Below, piece after piece: positions 22,526 to 32,700 of a DNA stretch of 64,000 nucleotides. The notes under the pieces were generated by a model, which searched no databases, was not told the origin of the DNA, and saw nothing but the letters and a program-made list of their open reading frames with translations. The position numbers were made by a program, and so were the translations under genes. Source of the stretch: Marinomonas sp. (GTDB taxonomy: Bacteria > Pseudomonadota > Gammaproteobacteria > Pseudomonadales > Marinomonadaceae); NCBI GenBank assembly GCA_052107635.1, contig JBQEFB010000020.1, positions 330 to 64,329 on the forward strand. Reading direction: 5' to 3'. Every line of letters starts with the position of its first letter. Position 1 is the stretch's first letter.

Positions 22526-24073
22526 GTGGTGGCTGATTTTTTATATAAAGGTGTGGTGGATTGGTTTTTAGATCAAGTATCTCAAGAGAATATATCACCT
22601 GGTGATCGTATGCCGTCGCTGCGTATTTTGGCTAAACAGCTTGAGCTTAGTTTAAATACTATTATCCATGGTTACGAATTATTGTCCGAAGAAGGTTGGA
22701 TCGAATCTCGCCCTAAATCAGGTTATTTTGTTTGTCATCGTAGTGATACTAAACCAGCACTTTTATTGGCGGGTGAAGTGTTTCGTAAACAAGAGAAGCA
22801 AGGTTGCAAGAGCGCATGGGCATGTCTTTCTCATCAGGGAGCTTTGGTTGATCAAAGTAATGATATTTTCGCGCCTGTGATGCATTCTGAAAGTATCGAT
22901 ATACCTGTATTAGGAAAGGGGCATTTGGCGGTTCGTGAAACCATCAGCGACTATTTAAAAAGCTTAGGTATTAAAAATCATGCGTCACAGCTTTGGTTAG
23001 GTCGTTCCCCTTTGACTATGTTGACGCAAAGCATTCAAGCGTTAACACAGCGAGAGGATACTGTGTTGATTATTACGCCTTGCGATCCACGTTTGTCATC
23101 TACGTTACAAAGTTTAGGGCGTCAGGTAATTAGTATTGCGACAGGTGATCGAGGTGTAGATTTGGATTTAGTCGTGCGCTGCTTACAGGAAAATGACATC
23201 AAACTGCTCATTTTGCCAGGACAATTTGCTTTCCCATCAGGCTTGTCAGTGAGTAATTTAAGTTTACGTCGTTGGTTGGCTATGATTGAAGAACTCAAAT
23301 TACCAACCATCGAATGGGATTTGTGCTCGCATTTGGCCTATCGATCTCGTTCGACTTTAACCTATAAGTCGCTTGATACCTCAGATCATGTTATTTACAT
23401 CGGAGGCATTGAAACCAAAGGTGTAGATCGTTCTGCCAGTTGGTGTTTGCCTGGACGTTATCACAGTTTATTAGAAGGTCATTTTTTATCTGTTGATATG
23501 GCATTAAGTGATGTTCAACAACAGTCTTTAACGGATGTACTGACATCAACAGGTAAACATTCTCTCGCCCGTCGAGCACGGACTATCTGGGCTAATTCAG
23601 AGCGAATCAAAGCACACTTAGAAATGCAGTTAAAAGACCAAGTGCGCTTTGCGACAAGTAAAGGTGGCATAGGGCTTTGGATGTACTTAAAAACACCACT
23701 AAGCGAAGATGATATGGCGGCACTATTCACACAGTACCGACAAGCCATTGTGCCAGGGTCACTGATCAGTGATGAGCCAGATGCAAATCACTGGATAGCC
23801 ATTAACGTCACGCTAGATGATGTAGATCCATTAGCGAAAAAGTTTTCTGAGCGCCTATCTCTGAAAAATAATGACTTTAATAAAACGGATGATATGTCCG
23901 TTTTAACTCCGAAATCATCTGTTGAGAGTATAGGTCCTACAGAGTCTTTGACGAATCAAGCCAAAGTAAATCGCGCATTAAAAGAAAAGGAAGAAAATAG
24001 GGCACAACGCGATGAGTCTGTCCCTCTTCTTTATAACCCTATGCTTGATCTTATTAATCACGACTTTGGTTAA
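22526..24073 (+). CDS. MocR/PdxR-type regulator (GntR HTH fused to a fold-type-I aminotransferase-like domain) with a charged C-terminal tail of about 70 aa
   Basis: GntR HTH PGDRMPSLRILAKQLELSLNTIIHGYELLSEEGWIESRPKSGYFV. The AAT-like core is divergent (..PGQFAFPSG.., ..IEWDL.., ..YIGGIETKG..). GTG start. Confidence 0.7.
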   Translation: MVADFLYKGVVDWFLDQVSQENISPGDRMPSLRILAKQLELSLNTIIHGYELLSEEGWIESRPKSGYFVCHRSDTKPALLLAGEVFRKQEKQGCKSAWACLSHQGALVDQSNDIFAPVMHSESIDIPVLGKGHLAVRETISDYLKSLGIKNHASQLWLGRSPLTMLTQSIQALTQREDTVLIITPCDPRLSSTLQSLGRQVISIATGDRGVDLDLVVRCLQENDIKLLILPGQFAFPSGLSVSNLSLRRWLAMIEELKLPTIEWDLCSHLAYRSRSTLTYKSLDTSDHVIYIGGIETKGVDRSASWCLPGRYHSLLEGHFLSVDMALSDVQQQSLTDVLTSTGKHSLARRARTIWANSERIKAHLEMQLKDQVRFATSKGGIGLWMYLKTPLSEDDMAALFTQYRQAIVPGSLISDEPDANHWIAINVTLDDVDPLAKKFSERLSLKNNDFNKTDDMSVLTPKSSVESIGPTESLTNQAKVNRALKEKEENRAQRDESVPLLYNPMLDLINHDFG

Positions 24074-24696
24074 GCTAACGCTTTTTTAATGCTATTGAGC
24101 ATTACTTCTGGATGTTGGTAATCAATAGGAATGTGCGTTAAACACTCGCCTTGTAGCAAGGCGAGTGAAGGAAATGAATGTAGACCTAGGTGGCGCGCTT
24201 GGTTTATTTCTTGCTCGAGTAAACCTGCATTTTTGATGTGCGTCATAGACTTTTTGAACCCTTCAGATGGTAAGCCAATACGTTCGGCACAAGCGGTTAG
24301 TGTGTCTAAATCTGATGGGTTTTTAGCTTGTAAGTAGTACGCTTCTTGAATAGCGTGGTACATCTCTTCTTCAAGGGATGAATCTCTAGCGATCATGCAA
24401 GCACGACAAGCAGGGTAGGTCGAACGGCGTGGCGTCGTAAGGCGCCAAAAATCAAAGTTAAACTCTGAGCCGAGTACTGTTTGAATATGCTGCCACGTTG
24501 CTTCCAACTTGCTTTTCATCTCTTGTGGCATTGGGAGGTCTGAATCGACAGCTAAACCACCTAGCATAGGTTGAATTGATAATTGTTTAGCATCTATTAG
24601 CGGCTGTAAGCTTTTTTGTAATTTAGTCCAAGTCGGACGAAATCCCCAGCACCAGCTACACATAGGGTCATAGCAGTAAATTAGCGTCGCTGTCAT
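24070..24696 (-). CDS. DsbA-family thioredoxin-fold protein (CxxC = CSWC)
   Basis: N-terminal YDPMCSWCWGF motif typical of DsbA-like/FrnE-like proteins. 208 aa, with no signal peptide evident. Confidence 0.7.
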   Translation of the reverse strand: MTATLIYCYDPMCSWCWGFRPTWTKLQKSLQPLIDAKQLSIQPMLGGLAVDSDLPMPQEMKSKLEATWQHIQTVLGSEFNFDFWRLTTPRRSTYPACRACMIARDSSLEEEMYHAIQEAYYLQAKNPSDLDTLTACAERIGLPSEGFKKSMTHIKNAGLLEQEINQARHLGLHSFPSLALLQGECLTHIPIDYQHPEVMLNSIKKALA

Positions 24697-24803
24697 AGGT
24701 TACTTCCATAACAATGAATAAAAATATGTTTTTTAAGGCTAACAGGCTGATGCTTAAGTGAACAGTTTTTTTCCTTTGTTAATGTCAAAAACGGATAAAA
24801 AAA

Positions 24804-24836
24804 GGCCATCTTAATAGTATAAGATGACCTTTTTTA
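24804..24836 (-). terminator. Bidirectional-looking hairpin terminator downstream of aspC
   Basis: AAAAAAAGGCCATCTTA-ATAGTA-TAAGATGACCTTTTTT. 10-bp stem with one mismatch, flanked by A and T runs. Confidence 0.65.
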
Positions 24837-24897
24837 AATAATGTTTTAGAAACTAAATAGTGTGATTTATACGATTAGTACACACTATTCAAAGTGC

Positions 24898-26094
24898 TCA
24901 GTCATTTAGAATCGCAGCAATTGCATCACACAGAGGACCCATATTGTCATGAGTCATTCCAGCCACACTAATACGGCCAGAACCAACAATGTAGATGCCA
25001 AAGTCTTTACGTAGCTGAGCAACTTGATCTGGTGTTAAGCCAGAGAAAGAAAACATGCCACGCTGTTTAGAAATAAATGAAAAGTCCTGAGTAACACCTT
25101 TAGTACGAAGCGTATTTACAAATAAACTGCGCATCTCATGAATGCGAACGCGCATACTTTTTAGTTCCATTTCCCAAAGGCTACGTAGTTCTTTGTTGTT
25201 AAGAATTTCCGCAACAATAGCAGCGCCATGAGAAGGTGGGTTTGAGTAGTTAGTACGAATGCAGCGCTTTACTTGAGTAAAAGCAGCGTCAGCTTGTTCT
25301 GCTGTCTCACAGACTACGGTTAGGGCACCAACGCGTTCGTTGTATAGACCAAAGTTCTTTGAAAAAGAGTTCGCAATGAGTATTTCAGGTACGTGCTCAA
25401 GGAAAGTACGTAACCCTTTTGCATCTTCTTCAAGACCTTCGCCAAAACCCTGATACGCAAAATCAAATAAAGGTAAAAAACCCTGTTTGCTACAAAGCTT
25501 AGCCAACTGATACCACTGCTCAGGAGTTGGGTCTATGCCCGTAGGGTTATGGCAGCAACCGTGGAATAATACGACATCACCTGCAGGTACTTGTGACAAG
25601 CTAGCCAGCATTGCTTCAAAATCTAACCCTTTTGATTTTGCATCGTAATAAGCGTAACTACCGACTTCCAAACCAACAGATTGAAATACTGCTTGATGGT
25701 TTGCCCATGTTGGGTTGCTTACCCACATGGTTGCTTCAGGTAAATGCTTTTTAATAAATTCTGCAGCAACGCGAAGTGCACCAGTCCCGCCAGGTGTATG
25801 GGCAGTCTGGGCAAGTTTTTTGGAGATGATATTATGGTCATCACCAAATAAAAGGTTTTGTACCGCTTGGCGATAAGCTGGAGCACCTTCAATACTTAAA
25901 TAGCTTTTCGTTAGCTCTTGGTTTAACAAACGTTCTTCTGCTTGCTTCACGGATTTTAGTATTGGCGTTGTACCTTGCTCATCTTTATATACACCAACGC
26001 CTAAATTGATTTTATTAGGATTTGGGTCATTGCGAAATGCATCATTTAGACCAAGAATTGGGTCTGCTGGAGCAGCTTGGATATGTTCAAACAT
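24898..26094 (-). CDS. aspC: Aspartate/aromatic-amino-acid aminotransferase (class I, AspC/TyrB type)
   Basis: 398 aa. [16 protein letters not shown].., [15 protein letters not shown]-Lys motif. Collinear with E. coli AspC. A TyrB/PhhC-type specificity cannot be excluded. Confidence 0.88.
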   Translation of the reverse strand: MFEHIQAAPADPILGLNDAFRNDPNPNKINLGVGVYKDEQGTTPILKSVKQAEERLLNQELTKSYLSIEGAPAYRQAVQNLLFGDDHNIISKKLAQTAHTPGGTGALRVAAEFIKKHLPEATMWVSNPTWANHQAVFQSVGLEVGSYAYYDAKSKGLDFEAMLASLSQVPAGDVVLFHGCCHNPTGIDPTPEQWYQLAKLCSKQGFLPLFDFAYQGFGEGLEEDAKGLRTFLEHVPEILIANSFSKNFGLYNERVGALTVVCETAEQADAAFTQVKRCIRTNYSNPPSHGAAIVAEILNNKELRSLWEMELKSMRVRIHEMRSLFVNTLRTKGVTQDFSFISKQRGMFSFSGLTPDQVAQLRKDFGIYIVGSGRISVAGMTHDNMGPLCDAIAAILND

Positions 26095-26379
26095 GGTGAC
26101 TCCCCATAAGGGTTATTTGCTATTTTTATTATCGGTTAAAAGATCAAAAATTAGGAGCGTATGGTACTCCAACACAAACATAACCGCTATAAAAAGGGAG
26201 CAAGGAGGATTGAATAGGTAGGTAGTTTCTTTTGCGATATATCAAAACCTTGTCATTTTTTAAGTGTAAAAGAAACCGACCAACCAGAATAGTCGGTAAA
26301 AAACTTCTTTAGAGTAAGCAACAAGCGATGGTCTGTTACTTACTCCGTCATTCGGACTGATGACAGCAAGAAGAGATTG

Positions 26380-26574
26380 TTATTCGTCCCAACCGTCAGA
26401 TATGGCCTGATGTAGACGTTTTTCTTCTAAGTGTTTCTCGATCGCTCGACGGGCTTTGAGTAGACGAATACTGTCTTCTTTTTGGTTTCGTTCGGTTTTT
26501 TCCTTCTCCAAACTAATAGAGGCGTGGAGAATGTCAGTTTTTATTTCAGTCAAAGTTTCAGAAAAATGATTCAT
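26380..26574 (-). CDS. Small (64 aa) highly charged helical protein ending ..ARRAIEKHLEEKRLHQAISDGWDE
   Basis: The ORF stands alone in an intergenic region, divergent from uvrD. The C-terminal pattern is reminiscent (from memory only) of the PA3496-type small-protein family. Confidence 0.4.
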   Translation of the reverse strand: MNHFSETLTEIKTDILHASISLEKEKTERNQKEDSIRLLKARRAIEKHLEEKRLHQAISDGWDE

Positions 26575-26758
26575 CGCGATACCCTTTGGCTAATTCGATG
26601 ACACTGAAATGAATAGATCACTGTCATCGACAGTTGAAAAAAGTCAAAATAGACAAACAACTCGTTTTCAAGTTTATAAAAAACGTTAATCGATTAAAAA
26701 TCAACTTATCTTTGCGTATTTTTGTGACAAACATATTAAATTATTACGGCGGAATGTA

Positions 26759-28972
26759 ATGGACGTTTCTTTTATCCTCGACTCGTTAAATGACAAACAG
26801 CGCGATGCAGTGGCCGCGCCATTACAAAATAGCCTAGTGTTGGCTGGAGCGGGATCCGGAAAAACGCGGGTGCTAGTGCACCGTATTGCGTGGCTAATGC
26901 ACGCCTATGAATTATCGCCTTACAGTGTGATGGCTGTGACTTTTACCAATAAAGCCGCACGCGAAATGCAGGGCCGAATTGAAGAGCTTGTTGGAGTGCC
27001 ACCACAAGGTATGTGGGTAGGTACTTTCCACGGGTTAGCGCATCGATTGTTACGTGCTCATTGGCGTGATGCAGGGTTGAAAGAAAACTTTCAGATTATG
27101 GACAGTGACGATCAGCTGCGTTTGGTGAAGCGTATTATGAAGTCGATGAACATCGACGATACCCGTTGGCCGCCCAAGCAAGTCTGTTGGTTTATCAATG
27201 GACAAAAAGACGAAGGCCGCCGTGCTGCCCATGTACCAGAAAGCCATGATCCGTTTTCTGCCGGTATGCGTGAGCTCTATTACCATTATGAAGAAGCCTG
27301 TGAAAATGGTGGTCTATTGGACTTCGGTGAGCTTCTACTGCGTGCCCACGAACTTATGCTGACTAATCCACCTTTACTGCGTCATTATCAAGAGCGATTT
27401 CGCCATGTACTAGTGGACGAGTTTCAAGACACCAACACGATTCAATATGCCTGGTTACGAATTATGGTGGGTGAGCATGGCACTATTACCGCTGTAGGTG
27501 ATGATGACCAATCTATTTATGGCTGGCGTGGTGCAAAAATTGAAAATATTCATAACTTCACCAAAGATTTCAAAGATGTACAAACGATTCGTCTAGAGCA
27601 AAATTATCGTTCTACAGGGCATATTTTGAATGCGGCCAATGGTTTGATTAAAAACAACGATGACCGCCTTGGCAAAGAGCTTTGGACAGAAAGTGGCGAA
27701 GGCGATCCTATTTCTCTCTATGCCGGCTTTAATGAACAAGACGAAGCGCGCTTTATTGTGGGCATTATTAAAAAATGGCATGAAGAAGGCACACCATTAA
27801 CCGATATGGCTATTTTATATCGTTCTAATGCTCAGTCTCGTGTGCTGGAAGAATGCTTAGTGCGAGAGCGTGTTGCTTACCGTATTTATGGTGGCCACCG
27901 CTTTTATGATCGCCTAGAAATCAAAAATGCATTGGCATACGCCCGATTGGCGCTTGACCTTGATAATGATGGTGCTATGGAGCGGATCGTTAATGTGCCA
28001 CCGCGAGGCATTGGTGAGCGTAGTATTGGTACGTTAAGAGAGATGGCCCGTGACGAAGGTTGTTCTATGTGGCGTGCTGCGCAGATGATCGTAGAAAAAG
28101 GTCTTATGCCGGCGCGAGCGACCAATGCGATTAAATCGTTTTTACACCTTATTGAAGGCTTGAGCGTTACGGTCCAGCAAACAGATTTGAATCTAAACGA
28201 CATCTTCGAACAAATTATCGCCGAAGCAGGATTAATCGCATTTCATGAGAAAGAAAAAGGCGAGAAAGGCGAAGCACGTATCGAGAACTTAAAAGAGCTA
28301 GTTGGTGCAGCGGGTGGCTTTAGTTGGAATGATGAAGAGGAAGAGTTTAGTTCGCCACTAATGGCATTTCTTGATAAAGCAGTATTAGATGCGGGCGATG
28401 CACAAGCGGACGAATATCAAGATGCAGTGCAATTGATGACCTTGCATTCGGCGAAAGGCCTGGAGTTTCCATTAGTCTTTTTAACCGGTGTAGAAGAAAA
28501 TCTATTCCCAAGTAAGATGTCCTTCGAAGAACCGGGTCGCCTTGAAGAAGAGCGCCGACTTTGTTATGTGGGCATTACTAGAGCAATGGAAAAGCTCTAC
28601 ATCACTTATGCGGAATCTCGTCGTTTGTTTGGTAGTGAGTCATTTAATAGTCCATCGCGCTTTATTAAAGAAATCCCACCACAATGTTTGGAAGAAGTAC
28701 GTTTACGCTCGCAAGTGAGCCGACCTGTTTCTATGCAACGACCTGATTATCAGACAGAGAAAAATCGTCTACAAAACAGCACAGTACTGAATAACTTCAA
28801 AGCACCAGAGGTGACTGTCAGTATGGGAGATAGAGTTAAACATCCGATATTTGGTGAAGGTTTAGTGATCAATTATGAAGGGCAAGGCCCACAGGCTCGG
28901 GTGCAAGTGAACTTCGATGACGAGGGCAGTAAGTGGTTAGTTTTGTCGTTTGCTAAATTGGAAGTGCTGTAA
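26759..28972 (+). CDS. uvrD: DNA helicase II UvrD
   Basis: 737 aa. Walker A AGAGSGKT, with the DEFQDTN and TLHSAKGLEF helicase motifs. Confidence 0.93.
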   Translation: MDVSFILDSLNDKQRDAVAAPLQNSLVLAGAGSGKTRVLVHRIAWLMHAYELSPYSVMAVTFTNKAAREMQGRIEELVGVPPQGMWVGTFHGLAHRLLRAHWRDAGLKENFQIMDSDDQLRLVKRIMKSMNIDDTRWPPKQVCWFINGQKDEGRRAAHVPESHDPFSAGMRELYYHYEEACENGGLLDFGELLLRAHELMLTNPPLLRHYQERFRHVLVDEFQDTNTIQYAWLRIMVGEHGTITAVGDDDQSIYGWRGAKIENIHNFTKDFKDVQTIRLEQNYRSTGHILNAANGLIKNNDDRLGKELWTESGEGDPISLYAGFNEQDEARFIVGIIKKWHEEGTPLTDMAILYRSNAQSRVLEECLVRERVAYRIYGGHRFYDRLEIKNALAYARLALDLDNDGAMERIVNVPPRGIGERSIGTLREMARDEGCSMWRAAQMIVEKGLMPARATNAIKSFLHLIEGLSVTVQQTDLNLNDIFEQIIAEAGLIAFHEKEKGEKGEARIENLKELVGAAGGFSWNDEEEEFSSPLMAFLDKAVLDAGDAQADEYQDAVQLMTLHSAKGLEFPLVFLTGVEENLFPSKMSFEEPGRLEEERRLCYVGITRAMEKLYITYAESRRLFGSESFNSPSRFIKEIPPQCLEEVRLRSQVSRPVSMQRPDYQTEKNRLQNSTVLNNFKAPEVTVSMGDRVKHPIFGEGLVINYEGQGPQARVQVNFDDEGSKWLVLSFAKLEVL

Positions 28973-28992
28973 CGAAAGTTGGCTTAATAATA

Positions 28993-29029
28993 AATGGGGC
29001 TCAGGTGACTTTCCTATCTGAGCCCCATT
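28993..29029. terminator. Hairpin between convergent uvrD and the putA-CTD cistron
   Basis: AATGGGGCTCAG-N13-CTGAGCCCCATT, a perfect 12-bp stem. Confidence 0.7.
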
Positions 29030-29032
29030 GTT

Positions 29033-29716
29033 TTATTCGTCTAAACTACCGAGTTCAAGCAAGGTGGCATTACCACCGACGGCAGTAGTGTTGATAGAGA
29101 TGGCGCGTTCTGTGACAAAACGTAGAATATAATGCGGAGCCCCAATCGTGGTTAAGTTCTGACTGTTATTTTCAGTGATTAACTGACAGATCAAACCACT
29201 TTTTGCGGCAAGACGTTGGTTCAAGGTTTGCGCTTTTGCATCATCACAAAGAATGGCGATACCTGCGAGATTGTTTGCTTCAACGATAGAATCTAATGCG
29301 GATTCTGCGATGTTTTGAATAACTCCTTCAGGTACAGACGTGGCGATTTTATCCATGATTTCTTGGCCTTTTAGACCTACGGTGATAACCGGGTTACCTG
29401 CAATCAAGGCGGCGAATACTTGACCTACTAGGCCGATGATTCCTGCTTCGCTTTTGTCAGTAGAAAGGCACAAGAAAGCCCCACGACCTTGGGTAGAAAG
29501 CTCGTTACTTTCCCCTGTTGGCCCTACCATAACCAAGGTTTCGGCAATTTCACGCTGAGCGTTGTTGATCTGCCAAACCGCCATTTTTCGTTGTGCTTCA
29601 GGGAATAGGGTAAGAGTGCGAGCTAATAGCTCGTCACGACCTTCAACACCTAAAGAATCCCACGCTTCAAATACTTTGTCTGCTACTTGAATTTGAACAG
29701 GTTGTACTATTGTCAT
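29033..29716 (-). CDS. Stand-alone PutA C-terminal ALDH-superfamily domain plus conserved C-terminal motif (227 aa)
   Basis: MTIVQP...VMVGPTGESNEL...APHYILRFVTERAISINTTAVGGNATLLEL parallels the C-terminal about 220 aa of long PutAs (E. coli ..LPGPTGERN.. ..ERSLSVNTAAAGGNASLMTIG). ATG 29716 lies 8 nt after GAGGAG. It is in a different frame from the upstream putA ORF. Confidence 0.7.
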   Translation of the reverse strand: MTIVQPVQIQVADKVFEAWDSLGVEGRDELLARTLTLFPEAQRKMAVWQINNAQREIAETLVMVGPTGESNELSTQGRGAFLCLSTDKSEAGIIGLVGQVFAALIAGNPVITVGLKGQEIMDKIATSVPEGVIQNIAESALDSIVEANNLAGIAILCDDAKAQTLNQRLAAKSGLICQLITENNSQNLTTIGAPHYILRFVTERAISINTTAVGGNATLLELGSLDE

Positions 29717-29738
29717 TGTCTTGTCTCCTCTGCTCGCT

Positions 29739-32700
29739 TTAAAGTTGCTTTTCAATAGCGAAGCGCTGTAGATAATGTGGACCGCCCGCTTTTGGACCGG
29801 TACCGGATAAGCCTTGGCCACCGAATGGCTGTACGCCCACAACGGCACCAACTTGGTCGCGGTTGATGTACAAGTTACCAACGCGAGCGCGGCGTGCAAT
29901 GCGTGCACACGTCGTTTCATTACGGCTGTGGACACCCATGGTCAAACCAAACCCTGAGTTGTTGATCGTATCGATGATCTTATCTAGGTCTTTGGCTTTG
30001 TAGCGAACGACGTGCAAGATAGGACCAAATTTCTCATCTGTTAGTTGATCAATACTAGCAATTTCAAATGCAGTTGGTGCCACATAAGTGCCTTTATCTG
30101 TAAACGTTGGAAGGGCTGTTTCACCGATTAATTTACCTTCTACTTTCATACGCCCAATATGTTCAAGCAGCATCATTTGAGCCTTTTTATCAATTACAGG
30201 CCCAACATCTGTGCTGTGCAAGTAAGGCAAGCCAACAGACTGCTCTTGCATGGCACCCTTGATCATTGGAATAACGCGATCGGCAATGTCTTCTTGCACG
30301 AACATTACACGCAGTGCAGAACAACGCTGACCTGCAGAAGCGAAGGCAGAACGAACCGCATCACGAACTACTTGCTCAGGCAGAGAAGTAGAGTCGATTA
30401 GCATGGCATTTTGACCGCCTGTTTCTGCGATCACAGGAACCGGTGCAACACCGCGCGCCGCCAAGGTACGGTTGATCAATTGTGCTGTGCCTGTTGACCC
30501 TGTGAAGGCCAAACCAGCAATGCGTTTGTCGTTTATGATTGGCGCACCAACGGTTGCACCGTCACCTGGAAGTAGGTGAAGTACGTCAGTAGGAACACCT
30601 GCTTGGTGCATCAATTCAACCGCACGAATCGCGATTAAGCTGGTTTGTTCCGCTGGTTTCGCAACCACTGTGTTACCAACAACCAATGCTGCAACTACTT
30701 GTCCAGAGAAGATCGCCAATGGGAAGTTCCAAGGGCTGATACAAGTGAACACACCACGACCTGTCATTTGAACGCTTTGTTCTTGACCTAGGTAGTTAGT
30801 GAAGGTGTGAGGTGCGGCGAAGTTAGTACGAGCTTGCTGCGCGTAGTAACGGCAGAAATCCACGGCTTCACGAACTTCATCAATACTGTCTTGGATGGTT
30901 TTACCCGCTTCACGATGGCAAAGCGCGATCAATTCAGCGTAGTTTTCTTCCATTAGGTCAGCGGTTTTGTCTAGGCAATCCGCACGTTCAGAGGCAGGAC
31001 GTGCAGACCATGCAGGGAAAGCCGCATCAGCAAGGTCAATTGCCTTGGTTACGGTTGCTGCGTCTGCCCAGTCGATTTGCCCTGCAGTTTCGCTGTGGTC
31101 ATATGGGCTAGCAATGGTATGGGTTTGACCTGTTTTAATTTGGTTGCCACCAACAATAGGGAAAGCACGCCATTGAGTGTCTTGCGTCATGAAGGCATCA
31201 ATTTTGGCTTTAAATGGCGCCCAATCTGATTCGATCTCGATATTTGGACCAAATGAGTTTTTGCGGTTTTCAAACATGTCGATTGGCAGTTTGATGTTTG
31301 GATTCGATAGAGACTTGCGGCCTTCTAACGTTGTTACTGGGTGATCGACCAATTCAGAAATTGGGCAACGAGCATCGATCAAACGGTGAACGAAAGAGCT
31401 GTTTGCGCCATTTTCTAGTAGACGGCGAACCAAGTAAGGTAACAAGTCTTTGTGACTGCCTACCGGTGCGTAGATACGGACACAGATGTCGTTGCCTTTG
31501 ATTAGGCTGTTGTATAGTGCATCGCCCATGCCGTGAAGGCGTTGGAATTCGTATTCTTTTGTGGTGGCACCTAGCTCTTGTGCCAAGCAGCTAATCGTCG
31601 CGATGGTATGCGCATTGTGGCTGGCAAACTGAGGGAATATGTTAGCACGGGTGTGTTCGCTCAATAGGAAGCGGGCGCAGGCCAAGTAAGACGTGTCAGT
31701 CGCTTCTTTACGAGTGTAAACCGGGTAACCATTAATGCCGCGTTGTTGGCAAAGTTTGATCTCAGAATCCCAGTAAGCGCCTTTTACTAGGCGAACAGGA
31801 ATACGGTCACCTTGTTCTTTTGCCAAGGCTGCAAGCCAAGCCAATACAGGCAGCGCGCGTTTTGAGTAGGCTTGAATAACTAAACCAAACAAGCCCCAGC
31901 CTTTTACACTCTCGTCACGGTAGAGTTTTTCGAATAGGTGAAGAGACAATTCAAGACGGTCTGCTTCTTCTGCATCGATAGTGATGCCAACATTCAATGC
32001 GCGAGCTTTAGCGATAAGGCCTTTTACGCTTTCGAATAACTCTGTCATCACACGCTCTTCACTGCCCACCTCGTAACGTGGGTGCAGTGCAGACAGCTTG
32101 ATAGAGATAGTTGGGCGGTAGCCTTTGGTGTAAGTATCACGGCCAACGGATTCAACCGCTTGCTCGTAAGATTTTAGGTATTTGTCTGCATCCGCAGAGG
32201 TCAATGCCGCTTCACCCAACATGTCGAAAGAGTAGGTGTAACCTTTGTCACGGTAGCTTTTACCACGAGACAAGGCTTCTTTGATGTCGCGGCCCAGTAC
32301 GAACTGATGCCCCATGATTTTCATCGCTTGGTTCATCGCTTTACGAATCACTGGCTCAGAAACACGGTTTACCATGCGGTTGACTAGGTTTGCAGGTGTG
32401 CCGTCTTGGTTTTCGTCCATGGTGACGATTTTGCCGGTTAGCAAAAGTCCCCAAGTTGACGCGTTAACGAAGAAGGAATCAGAGTTTTTAGCGTGAGAAG
32501 CCCAATCTGCAACACTTAAACGGTCTTTAATGAACGCATCTGCAGTGGCTTTGTCTGGCACTCGCATTAGCGCTTCGGCCAAACACATCAGCAAGATACC
32601 TTCTTTTGTATCTAGGCTGTATTCCAGCAACAAGGCGTCGATCATAGACATGCTGTCATCGTCTTTACGCACTTGTTCTATTAATTGTGTCGCTCTGTCC

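Noticed and set aside
24070-24073. Convergent genes sharing overlapping stop codons (TTAA) between the MocR-like and DsbA-like genes. There is also a 9-nt convergent overlap of msrC and the kinase-like gene at 36846-36854.
   Set aside because: Short convergent 3-prime overlaps are common in compact bacterial genomes. There is no additional signal suggesting antisense regulation.
26620-26634. Palindrome ACTGTC-ATC-GACAGT upstream of uvrD that at first looked like a LexA SOS box (uvrD is SOS-regulated in E. coli).
   Set aside because: The gammaproteobacterial LexA box is CTGT-N8-ACAG (16 bp). Here the CTGT/ACAG halves are only 5 nt apart, so it does not fit. It may still bind something else.
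29717-29935. 73-aa N-terminal extension of the putA-CTD ORF (the track ORF 29033..29935 starts at 29935) overlapping the 3-prime end of putA.
   Set aside because: The extension (MSTAVMKRRVHALHAALALVTCTS...) is just the alternative frame of the putA coding sequence and has no PutA-like sequence. The SD-preceded ATG at 29716 fits the domain boundary. It remains relevant only as the open frame that makes a 1-nt indel explanation possible.
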